This document shows positions 35,055-42,833 of a stretch of 42,833 nucleotides of DNA, piece after piece. How positions within the stretch are numbered: the first letter of the stretch is position 1; each line of letters opens with the position of its first letter. A program made the translations under genes and the position numbers. The stretch lies in IMG/VR virus record IMGVR_UViG_3300010376_000065, positions 1 through 42,833 of that record. One strand, 5' to 3'. Origin of the DNA: a virus. Lineage: Duplodnaviria; Caudoviricetes. A model generated the notes under the pieces. That model saw only the letters and a list, made by a program, of their open reading frames with translations. It had not been told where the DNA came from and did not search any database.

Positions 35055-36605
35055 ATGTATAGACCTGTGATAATCGTAGGTCCTCCTGGTACTGGCAAAA
35101 CCACCAAGCTACTTGACCTTGTTAACGAGGAAATGGAGCGGGGTATCCCGCCAGATCGTATTGGGTTTATGACTTTCACCAAACGTGGCGTTGAGGAGGC
35201 TATAAGTCGTGCCGCTGCCCGATTCAGTTTACCACGAAATAAGTTTCGGTATTTCAACACTCTCCATTCAGCAGCTTTTAGACACCTTGGACTGCAGTCC
35301 AATCAAACGTTCACTGGCAAGCTTGTACGCGAGTTTGGACAAGAACATGGCCTTGAACTACACGGCGGTTTGTCTTCTGACGATGGAACTTATACCAACT
35401 TCTACGGGGACGACATTGTATTGTTCGTTGAGAACTACGCTCGACTCACCTGCCGACCTATAGAAGAAGTATTGTCTAGCTATGACTATGCTATACCAGA
35501 TACAGAGCGGGCATGGCGGATCATTAAACAGTTAAGGGATTGGAAGAAAGACCAAGGGCTTTATGACTTTACTGATATGATAGAGGAGTTTATTAAGCAG
35601 GATGACCCACCCCGGATAGATGTATTGTTTATCGATGAGGCACAAGACCTAAGCGAGCTTCAGTGGCGCATGGTCGAAATACTATCTCGCTATGTTAAAC
35701 GTCTTTACATTGCTGGCGATGATGACCAAACCATATTCAGTTTTGCCGGGGCCTCAGAGCGGTTTATCACCCTAGAGGGCGATGTTCAGCAATTGGACCA
35801 GAGCTACCGGGTGCCGACCAAAGTGTTCTACCTCGCTAACCGGGTGATACAGAGGGTTCTCAAACGTCGCCCGAAGGTGTGGTATCCTCGCGATGCAGAC
35901 GGGTCGCACAATGTCATTGGTACCATATCAGAACTGAACCCTGGCATGTTAGACCCGACTCTGGGCACAGTTATGATGTTGGGCAGGACCGTTAAATCGT
36001 TGCGCAAGTTCACAGCCTATTGCAATCAGCATGGTCTCACCTACAGGTACTTCGAGAACCCCAGCATCAAACAAACTGAAGCCATGGCAATCGATGCTTG
36101 GAACCAACTCCAAGTTGGCCTAAAAATCCCGGCTGATCAGGCCGTGCGGATTTATGATTTATTGCCATCAGAAGGCCACAAAAAGAAGGTAGGCTTGGTC
36201 AGGCGTGGATATAAGGTAGCGCTGAACCGTATAGCTGACCAGCCGGACCCGCCGCACCTGAATATGTTGGAGTTGCGAAACGAATACGGGTTGCTGGCCG
36301 AGGGTGCATGGGACCAAGTGTTCACCGAAATTAAAGATGTTGCGTACATTAAACGAGTGCTAGACAAGGGGTACAATATCCTACAGAAGCCGAACATCCA
36401 TATATCCACCATTCACCGTGTTAAGGGTGGGGAAGCCGATACCGTGGTGCTGCTCGCAGATACGGCTAAGGCCGGGGACAAGGCGTTCACGACTAATAAC
36501 GACGATGAGTACCGGGTATTCTACACAGCGATTACCCGGACCAAAGAAGATCTATTAATCGTGCAGCCTGATAAGCGGCACTTTTTCGGAGGCTTGTTCG
36601 ACTAA
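35055..36605 (+). CDS. UvrD/Rep-like SF1 helicase
   Basis: GPPGTGKT, FT, TLHS, IDEAQD, GDDDQ, QSYR, STIHRVKGGEAD, YTAITR; start reassigned to ATG 35055. Confidence 0.93.
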   Translation: MYRPVIIVGPPGTGKTTKLLDLVNEEMERGIPPDRIGFMTFTKRGVEEAISRAAARFSLPRNKFRYFNTLHSAAFRHLGLQSNQTFTGKLVREFGQEHGLELHGGLSSDDGTYTNFYGDDIVLFVENYARLTCRPIEEVLSSYDYAIPDTERAWRIIKQLRDWKKDQGLYDFTDMIEEFIKQDDPPRIDVLFIDEAQDLSELQWRMVEILSRYVKRLYIAGDDDQTIFSFAGASERFITLEGDVQQLDQSYRVPTKVFYLANRVIQRVLKRRPKVWYPRDADGSHNVIGTISELNPGMLDPTLGTVMMLGRTVKSLRKFTAYCNQHGLTYRYFENPSIKQTEAMAIDAWNQLQVGLKIPADQAVRIYDLLPSEGHKKKVGLVRRGYKVALNRIADQPDPPHLNMLELRNEYGLLAEGAWDQVFTEIKDVAYIKRVLDKGYNILQKPNIHISTIHRVKGGEADTVVLLADTAKAGDKAFTTNNDDEYRVFYTAITRTKEDLLIVQPDKRHFFGGLFD

Positions 36606-37258
36606 TGCCACAGCTCAACAAACGCATCGCCGAAATCGGCATCCCACCGCAAATGAGCCACCTTCGTATATCACCGGAGGGTTATCCAGTACCCTGGTTC
36701 GTACAATGGGTTAATGAGGAGCCCGATTTTCGAGCCTTTAATGCCGAAAAATTTAGGCTCGCTTATACATTTGACCGATGCTGGCTTTGTGGAGGAAAGC
36801 TTGGCAGATACAAGACATTCGTTATCGGGCCTATGTGTATGATCAATAAGATTAATGGTGAGCCACCCTCACATCGCGACTGTGCAAGATATGCCGCGAT
36901 AGCCTGTCCGTTTCTAACGCAACCCCGGATGCGCCGCAATGAAAAGGATGTGGAGTTTATGCATCGGCAGACCGCTGGAATTGCTATTGGCCGTAATCCT
37001 GGTGTTGCTGTCCTATGGACCACATATTCGTATAAGCTACAGCGATTGTCTAATGGCATTCTATTTGAATTGGGAAAGCCGGAGCACGTGGAGTTCTATG
37101 CCAACGGTCGCCCGGCTACCCGCGATGAGGTTCTGGTCTCCATTGTTACCGGGCTCCCACTTTTACGCGAGGCCGATAATCATGATCCAGAAGCCATGCG
37201 TATGATTGACCAGAGGGTAGAGGAAGCCATGCGGCTTCTGCCAGTGGAGGCAGCGTGA
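36605..37258 (+). CDS. conserved phage Cys/His protein (GYPVPWFV...CWLCG...EPPSHRDCA...CPFL)
   Basis: TAATG coupling; putative zinc ligands. Confidence 0.75.
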   Translation: MPQLNKRIAEIGIPPQMSHLRISPEGYPVPWFVQWVNEEPDFRAFNAEKFRLAYTFDRCWLCGGKLGRYKTFVIGPMCMINKINGEPPSHRDCARYAAIACPFLTQPRMRRNEKDVEFMHRQTAGIAIGRNPGVAVLWTTYSYKLQRLSNGILFELGKPEHVEFYANGRPATRDEVLVSIVTGLPLLREADNHDPEAMRMIDQRVEEAMRLLPVEAA

Positions 37259-37632
37259 TGCTATTGAGTAAGCCCATTATTCTACTAGACTTCGACGGTT
37301 GTATCCATAGTTATACCAGTGGATGGCAGGGAATGGAGGTTTGTCAAGACCCTCCCGTGCCTGGGGTCTTTGAGTGGATGCTAGAAGCACTGAAGACCTT
37401 CGACATAAGCATCTACTCAGCCCGGTCAGTGGATCCACATGGCCGCAGAGCCATGTATGAATATATACTGAGGCATACCTCAGAAGAGTTTATACGGCTA
37501 GTCGACTTCCCACAACACAAGCCGCGTGCCTTTATCACCATAGACGATCGCTGTATCTGCTTCAATGGCAATTGGGGCGACCCTAACCTTCACCCAAGAC
37601 TAATACGGGAGTTCAAACCGTGGTATCGATAG
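37255..37632 (+). CDS. minimal HAD-superfamily phosphatase
   Basis: Motif I LDFDG, motif II IYSAR, motif III HKP, motif IV IDDR. Confidence 0.85.
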   Translation: MMLLSKPIILLDFDGCIHSYTSGWQGMEVCQDPPVPGVFEWMLEALKTFDISIYSARSVDPHGRRAMYEYILRHTSEEFIRLVDFPQHKPRAFITIDDRCICFNGNWGDPNLHPRLIREFKPWYR

Positions 37633-38525
37633 ACCAAATAGAAGACCCCTTTGAGCGCTACATCAACTTCCTCCTCGAACGCCACAACATCTACCTCAAG
37701 AAAACGCGCCACGAGCCGTGGCCTTGGACCGACGACCAGACACTCCAAGACTATAGCTTCTGTAACGTATACCGCGAGATCGATAAGACTTCCATACATT
37801 ACCAGAAGACTGTACGTAATCGCTACAAAGAGGACCCCATAGTTCTACCGGCTACAGTCCTCTATAGATGGTTTAATAGGATCGAAACCTGTGATGCCCT
37901 GTTTAATGAGCCCAACATCGGCAACAAGTCTATCTTTGAAGAGTACATTGACCGTGGCTGTAAAGAATGCACTTTCATGTTTGAATACATTAACAATCTG
38001 CCTCAGCCGCACGTAACCGGAGCTTTTGTCATCAACGGGGCACCGGGAGTTACCAAGGGCATCGGGGTCATGGTATATTTTCACCAGTGGTGTCAGAAAC
38101 CATGGGAGGCTAAATGGAACGAATGGCTAAGATCACCACCGAGTCTGGCCTCAATGTATGCGTGGTTGCAGGAATCCAGTTCTGGTCTTGGACCTTTTAT
38201 GACTGCTCAACTGGTAGCCGATCTGAAATATCTGCCATTTATGTTGAATGTGGACGACTGGTGGAGCTGGGCGGCGCCCGGACCTGGGTCCCAGCGCGGG
38301 CTGAACGCGGTTCTTGGCCGCCCGATACATCAAAGCTGGCGGACTGAGGAATGGTTACAAGAGATACGAGCACTACGGGATAGGGAGAACGGTGCATTGG
38401 CTGGCTATGGGTTAGGTCCATTCCATGCCCAAGACACACAGAACCATTGCTGCGAGTTCAGCAAGTACGAGAGGGCTCGAGTAGGCTTGCGGCTCAAGAG
38501 GAGGTACCACTACCATGGACAATGA
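37620..38525 (+). CDS. aGPT-Pplase1-like (5-hmdU DNA kinase helical-domain-like) DNA-modification protein
   Basis: ERHNIY.K....PWPWTDD..LQDYSFCNVYREIDKTS, RWFN, TGAF, GLGPFMTAQLVADL, PGPGSQRGL, CEFSKY. Confidence 0.85.
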   Translation: MVSIDQIEDPFERYINFLLERHNIYLKKTRHEPWPWTDDQTLQDYSFCNVYREIDKTSIHYQKTVRNRYKEDPIVLPATVLYRWFNRIETCDALFNEPNIGNKSIFEEYIDRGCKECTFMFEYINNLPQPHVTGAFVINGAPGVTKGIGVMVYFHQWCQKPWEAKWNEWLRSPPSLASMYAWLQESSSGLGPFMTAQLVADLKYLPFMLNVDDWWSWAAPGPGSQRGLNAVLGRPIHQSWRTEEWLQEIRALRDRENGALAGYGLGPFHAQDTQNHCCEFSKYERARVGLRLKRRYHYHGQ

Positions 38526-39288
38526 TATGCAAATTTGCATTCCATCACGCTCCCGCCCATTAGCACAGAAAACTATCGCCAACCTCTCCCAAGACCTTTG
38601 GCCTTGGGTGACCCTTATTGTCCCCTTTGACCAATACATTTCATACCGCCAGAACGTGCCCCTTGACATTAAGATCCTACCCTTTGATGGGGTAGGTATC
38701 GCAGCCAAGCGGGAGTTTATCCTCAACCTCAGGCACTCTGGTCGAGTTCTTATGTTCGATGACGATTTAAAATTTTACAAGCGTGTCGATACCGGGAAAT
38801 TTATACCTACCAAACCCGAAGATACAATAAACATGGTCAACATAATCTGTACTTTACTGAAAGAGTATACTATGGTAGGCTTAGCGGATAAGTTTATGAG
38901 CCAGGGGCTTCCTAGGGGGCACATCGAATGTCATCGTTTCAACCAGACGTTGTGTTTCAACCGGGACCGGTTCCCCGACCCGTGGCCCCATTTCCGCGGC
39001 ATGATAGCCGAGGAACATGACATGATGTTGCAGTTGATAACCCGTGGTCACAAAACCGCCGTAATCACTGAGTACAGTAAGGTCGATCGGCCTTACAGCA
39101 AAGGTGGATGCAGCGACTGGCGTACCACGGAGCTCATGATGTCAGAGATTGAACGCATGGCCGGACTGTGGCCCGGCATCATCACATATACCGAGTACCC
39201 CACCAAAGAAGATGGCACCCGCCACCCGCAGGGATACAAGGTCAGGTTTGATTGGAAGAAGGCCAAGGAGCAAGGAGGGATTGCCTGA
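38515..39288 (+). CDS. TAGT / J-glucosyltransferase-like GT-A glycosyltransferase 1
   Basis: ICIPSRSRP, GIAAKREFI, LMFDDDL, EEHDMMLQLI.RG, SKGGCS..R. Confidence 0.8.
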   Translation: MDNDMQICIPSRSRPLAQKTIANLSQDLWPWVTLIVPFDQYISYRQNVPLDIKILPFDGVGIAAKREFILNLRHSGRVLMFDDDLKFYKRVDTGKFIPTKPEDTINMVNIICTLLKEYTMVGLADKFMSQGLPRGHIECHRFNQTLCFNRDRFPDPWPHFRGMIAEEHDMMLQLITRGHKTAVITEYSKVDRPYSKGGCSDWRTTELMMSEIERMAGLWPGIITYTEYPTKEDGTRHPQGYKVRFDWKKAKEQGGIA

Positions 39289-40079
39289 TGGAAATGCAAT
39301 TGATCATACCAACCCGGCAACGAACCAATTCCCAATTAACGGTTGCTTCATTTAATACCGAGCTAAAGAAGCATACCACTATCGTGTGCCCACAGAGGGA
39401 AGTATTTGCACTCAGTGGGCACAGTGAATATCTTAGGGTTGAGGCTCAACCCGACCCTGACTGTACCATCGCCCAGAAGCGCCGCTGGATCATGGAAGAG
39501 TGGCACCGGCGCGGCGTCGAAAAGATTATGATGCTCGACGATGACCTACGGTTCGCCACCCGTATCAGCGAAACCGACTGGCACCTCAAGGAAATCCGTG
39601 GCACGGAACTTCAGTATGAATTTGAGCGCCTATCCAACATGCTTAGCCGGGAGTGTCCGCACGTGGGGTTCGGGCCTCGCCAGGGAAACAATACGCTAGA
39701 GGAGGTGGGTTGGAAATCACCCGGCAGAATGGTTTACAGTTTGGGATTCTACCTTCCGGTAGTAATCGCAGAGTGTGAGTTGGGGAGGATTGAAACCCGT
39801 GAAGACATGGACCTTACTCTGCAACTGTTGCGGAAAGGATATCCCAACGCCATCTGGCACACTACAGTTAACGATCAGCGTAAGTTCGACGCCCCAGGAG
39901 GCGCTACTAATGAGCGAACCATCGAACGTTCAAATGCTGATGCAGAATTTCTTGCCCGTCTCCATCCAGGGTACGTGTCCACGGTGCAAAAGGACTACAA
40001 AGCTTCAGTTCCGCGAATCGAAGTGATATGCCAGTGGCAAAAGGCACTCGAGGACGGCATTCAATCGAGGAAACCGTGA
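39288..40079 (+). CDS. TAGT / J-glucosyltransferase-like GT-A glycosyltransferase 2
   Basis: LIIPTRQR, IAQKRRWI, MMLDDDL, EDMDLTLQLLRKGY, APGG...R; start reassigned to ATG 39288 (GGAGG RBS, TGATG overlap). Confidence 0.82.
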   Translation: MEMQLIIPTRQRTNSQLTVASFNTELKKHTTIVCPQREVFALSGHSEYLRVEAQPDPDCTIAQKRRWIMEEWHRRGVEKIMMLDDDLRFATRISETDWHLKEIRGTELQYEFERLSNMLSRECPHVGFGPRQGNNTLEEVGWKSPGRMVYSLGFYLPVVIAECELGRIETREDMDLTLQLLRKGYPNAIWHTTVNDQRKFDAPGGATNERTIERSNADAEFLARLHPGYVSTVQKDYKASVPRIEVICQWQKALEDGIQSRKP

Positions 40080-40270
40080 TGGGACCGTGGATTTATATCA
40101 TCGTTTGTGTTGGCATGAACTGCCCTTGGGGTGTCTACTACAATCATCTCGGTGGTTTGGAATCAAAACCCGCCTGTGAAGATGCAGCAGACCTAAAGAT
40201 TATGGAACTTTCAGACCGCTATGGTCTGAAAGAGCATACCTTCTTTTCCGGTTGCGCCAACCGAGGCTAA
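40079..40270 (+). CDS. small Cys-containing hypothetical protein
   Basis: TGATG coupling; GAGG RBS. Confidence 0.55.
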   Translation: MGPWIYIIVCVGMNCPWGVYYNHLGGLESKPACEDAADLKIMELSDRYGLKEHTFFSGCANRG

Positions 40271-40274
40271 CGCC

Positions 40275-41051
40275 ATGGACCTTGAGCAGTTACAGAGCAG
40301 ACTGAGAGATCTGTCGAAGCTTTCCAAGGAATACGAGCCGATACTGCAACCAGTCAGCGGCCCGCCGTCCCATATATACGGACATAGTACAGCTCAATTG
40401 GTTCCTATGCTCTACAAGACAGGGATGGGTCACCAAGCTGTATTGGATCAAGCTGTGTATATGGAGCAACTAGGTCCACAAGTATGTCCCCCAGTCACAG
40501 CTATTACTGATCTTGGATTCTATATGCCATATCTACGACCAGTGGTTCCGGCTGTTGAACATTGCCAAATAATCGAACATATCTTAGCCAATCATGTTTG
40601 GAATAGGCCACCGGCAGAATACAAGGGGCCATGGCGAGCAGAGCTAAGAAAGACTATCAATATCGAGGTCCCTGAATGGGCTCTGGATGGCTATCAATGC
40701 CTTGTACATGGTGATGCAACCATCGACAACCTCTTGCTCACTAATGATGGTCGGTACCTCATCACTGATCCAATCTCCCCCAGATATTTGAACCGACCCT
40801 ATATTGCGGCTGTGGATTGGGGGCGAATACTTCAGTCAATACTTGGGTGGGAGCGAGTACTACGGGGTATTCCACTCGTGCAGTACCGATGGCCTCAGTT
40901 TATGGAGTATGATGAAAGTGCATGGAAGTCCGTCTTCTGGTGTATGGTAGTCCTAAAGCGTATAGGTCGTCAGTTTGATTCAACCACCGGCCAATGGGCT
41001 GGGCGTATAGCGGAGGAACTTCAATGTTTGGTACAGGAACGTTCAACGTAA
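40275..41051 (+). CDS. aminoglycoside-phosphotransferase/choline-kinase-like small-molecule kinase
   Basis: Brenner motif HGDATIDNLL, then ITDP and DWGRILQS. Confidence 0.8.
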   Translation: MDLEQLQSRLRDLSKLSKEYEPILQPVSGPPSHIYGHSTAQLVPMLYKTGMGHQAVLDQAVYMEQLGPQVCPPVTAITDLGFYMPYLRPVVPAVEHCQIIEHILANHVWNRPPAEYKGPWRAELRKTINIEVPEWALDGYQCLVHGDATIDNLLLTNDGRYLITDPISPRYLNRPYIAAVDWGRILQSILGWERVLRGIPLVQYRWPQFMEYDESAWKSVFWCMVVLKRIGRQFDSTTGQWAGRIAEELQCLVQERST

Positions 41052-41740
41052 AGATCTTTGCTGACTGCGCCACCTTCTCTGAAATGCTCGGCCTAAACCA
41101 GATCCCCTTCATCAGAGGGTACACTACGAACCCGACCCTGATGTACAAGGCTGGGGTTCGCGACTACGAAGCCTTTGCTCACGATGTTCTCATGGCAATA
41201 CCCGATAAGCCGGTGTCCTTCGAGGTGTTCGGCGATGCACCGCTTGATATGGAGCGGCAGGCCCGCAAGATCGCAAGCTGGGGAGAGAACGTCTACGTGA
41301 AGATCCCGGTTACTACGACCTATGGAGACTCCACCCACAAGCTCGTGCGGGACCTAACCAACGATGGGATCAAGGTGAACGTTACAGCCATGATGACCCC
41401 GATGCAAGTTGAGCGTATGCTCCCGGCTGTTGTGGGTGGAGCCCCATGCTACTTTTCAATCTTCGCTGGTCGGATTGCTGACACGGGTGTCGACCCTACG
41501 AGGATCATGGAACGATGTCTCAAATTAACAGATCAAGTCTCTACTGTTGAATTGATCTGGGCCAGCACCCGCGAGTTGCTGAACATTATACAGGCAGATG
41601 TCTGCGGGGTCCACATAATCACTGTTGGCAATGAGATACTAAGTAAGCTACCATTGCTAGGCAAAAACCTCAATGACTATTCCCGAGAAACAATACTTCA
41701 ATTCCACCAGGATGGACAGAAATGCGGGTTCTCATTCTAG
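41024..41740 (+). CDS. tal: transaldolase (short TalC/FSA-fold type)
   Basis: IFAD, GYTTNPTL, SFEVF, Schiff-base NVYVKIP, KVNVTA, SIFAGRIAD, WASTR; start reassigned to ATG 41024 (GGAGG RBS). Confidence 0.92.
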   Translation: MFGTGTFNVKIFADCATFSEMLGLNQIPFIRGYTTNPTLMYKAGVRDYEAFAHDVLMAIPDKPVSFEVFGDAPLDMERQARKIASWGENVYVKIPVTTTYGDSTHKLVRDLTNDGIKVNVTAMMTPMQVERMLPAVVGGAPCYFSIFAGRIADTGVDPTRIMERCLKLTDQVSTVELIWASTRELLNIIQADVCGVHIITVGNEILSKLPLLGKNLNDYSRETILQFHQDGQKCGFSF

Positions 41741-42438
41741 CCGCTGGTCAGAGCCAGCGATTTAAGGAGCTAGGCTTCAATATCCCAAAGCCCTTCCTTC
41801 CTATTGGTTGGAGGGGCCATGTCGCTACTATGTTGGAGCATGTGATCAATACTGTACCAGAACAGTATGGTGATATCACCATAGCCATATCAGAAGACTG
41901 TGTTTCCCGGCTAAGAAAGCTGGAGCTCATGTACAGTTATGTCGCTGTGCCTAAGACTAATGGTCCAGCGCATACGGCACTGGAAGCCATGCGAACATTT
42001 AAAGAAGCTACCAGCACTATGATACTCGACGTAGATGTATTGAACACTACTAATGATCTTTGGCTATTGGGCCAGATCACGAGCCCCGCGGTTCTGGTAA
42101 GGGAGAGCACAAACCCGCTGTCCTCGTATGTGGATAAGGCTGGTGAGTTTAATGAGATAGCAGAAAAGCAACGCATTTCCAAGTTCGCGGTGCAGGGAGC
42201 ATACTATGTCCCAAAGGCTGGCTTCCCACAGTTTCTGTCCCGGTTAGAAGAAGCCATGCAGAAAACCCAAGAACCATATCTGAGTCATGCCCTGCATCTA
42301 TACCAAGGAAAGAAGTTCGCAGTGCAAGTCAAGTATACCCCTATCGAATGGGGCTCGCCTCGTGATATCCGGATTAGTGGCGCACACATAATGAAGGAGG
42401 ACCACAATGCACGTGATCGAAGCAAGAAACGTACGTGA
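41722..42438 (+). CDS. sugar-phosphate nucleotidyltransferase (GT-A fold NTP transferase)
   Basis: LILAAGQSQRF...PKP, TNGPAHTA, ILDVD, IAEKQRIS..A..GAYY, WGSP.D. Confidence 0.85.
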   Translation: MRVLILAAGQSQRFKELGFNIPKPFLPIGWRGHVATMLEHVINTVPEQYGDITIAISEDCVSRLRKLELMYSYVAVPKTNGPAHTALEAMRTFKEATSTMILDVDVLNTTNDLWLLGQITSPAVLVRESTNPLSSYVDKAGEFNEIAEKQRISKFAVQGAYYVPKAGFPQFLSRLEEAMQKTQEPYLSHALHLYQGKKFAVQVKYTPIEWGSPRDIRISGAHIMKEDHNARDRSKKRT

Positions 42439-42833
42439 TGCGTTGCCGAAGGCGGTCAAATACATCATAACAGAAGGAGACCCGGAAGACACCCGGCTAG
42501 GGCAGGCACTCGTGGCTCCTGGGCCTGTTACAATCCATTACACCCACCCTGAAGAGCGTGTATTGATCAGCAGGGTTAGGGATGCCAATCCATTCTTCCA
42601 CCTCATGGAAGCCATGTGGATGTTAGCCGGTAGAAATGATGGGGCGTTTCTCGATCATTATGTTACCGGGTTCAGTGAGAAGTATGGTGTCGGTGGTATG
42701 ATACCAGATGCCTATGGGTATCGGTGGCGCCATGGCCTCCCGTTCGATCAGCTAGAGGAGATTGTACGGCAGTTGGAGCAAAACCAATTCACCCGGCAAT
42801 ATGTCCTACAGATGTGGGGAGCTGGGTTGCCAG
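42407..42833 (+). CDS. thymidylate-synthase-family enzyme, probable dUMP (or dCMP) hydroxymethylase (partial, runs off the right edge)
   Basis: Translated by hand from ATG 42407 (AAGGAGG RBS): MHVIEARNV...PEERVL.SRVRDANPFFHLMEAMWMLAGRND...AYGYRWR...DQL...TRQYVLQMW. Confidence 0.88.
   Translation, partial: MHVIEARNVRDALPKAVKYIITEGDPEDTRLGQALVAPGPVTIHYTHPEERVLISRVRDANPFFHLMEAMWMLAGRNDGAFLDHYVTGFSEKYGVGGMIPDAYGYRWRHGLPFDQLEEIVRQLEQNQFTRQYVLQMWGAGLP

Noticed and set aside
16016-36930. Single GCAACCCC octamers (for example 16017, 19936, 23606, 29912)
   Set aside because: Isolated copies may be chance matches; only the triple arrays are reported
41024-41740. Fructose-6-phosphate aldolase assignment
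   Set aside because: It has Glu (SFEV) and Phe (SIFAGR) at the discriminating positions rather than Gln and Tyr

Overview
This window is an internal 42.8 kb segment of a tailed dsDNA phage genome. The host is probably an alphaproteobacterium (Rhizobiales-like), inferred from the XRE regulator type and the small secreted proteins. It has four parts. (1) Positions 1-8.3 kb, minus strand, hold the packaging/head module: putative TerS, TerL, a DUF1073-type portal and a NUDIX-DUF2213 fusion that runs off the left edge and is missing from the ORF track. Four apparent paralogues of a small beta-rich protein and several low-complexity genes are interleaved. (2) Positions 8.4-30.6 kb hold many small genes, an XRE regulator, a NusG paralogue, an AEP primase, SH3, HIRAN and SWIM proteins, many sigma70-like promoters, two iteron-like repeat families and several candidate structured RNAs. 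(3) Positions 31-36.6 kb hold a replication module (SSB-like protein, UvrD-like helicase) with an inverted DUF3631 gene inside it. (4) Positions 36.6 kb to the end hold a tightly coupled operon that looks like a DNA hypermodification system: HAD phosphatase, aGPT-Pplase1-like protein, two TAGT/J-glucosyltransferase-like glycosyltransferases, an APH-like kinase, a transaldolase, a sugar nucleotidyltransferase and a thymidylate-synthase-family hydroxymethylase (truncated at the right edge and missing from the ORF track). The best candidate for a novel system is this operon, in which a transaldolase, kinase and nucleotidyltransferase may build an unusual nucleotide-sugar that is attached to hydroxymethylated phage DNA. 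All family assignments come from motif recognition by eye; no searches were run. I found no tRNA, rRNA, CRISPR array or integrase.
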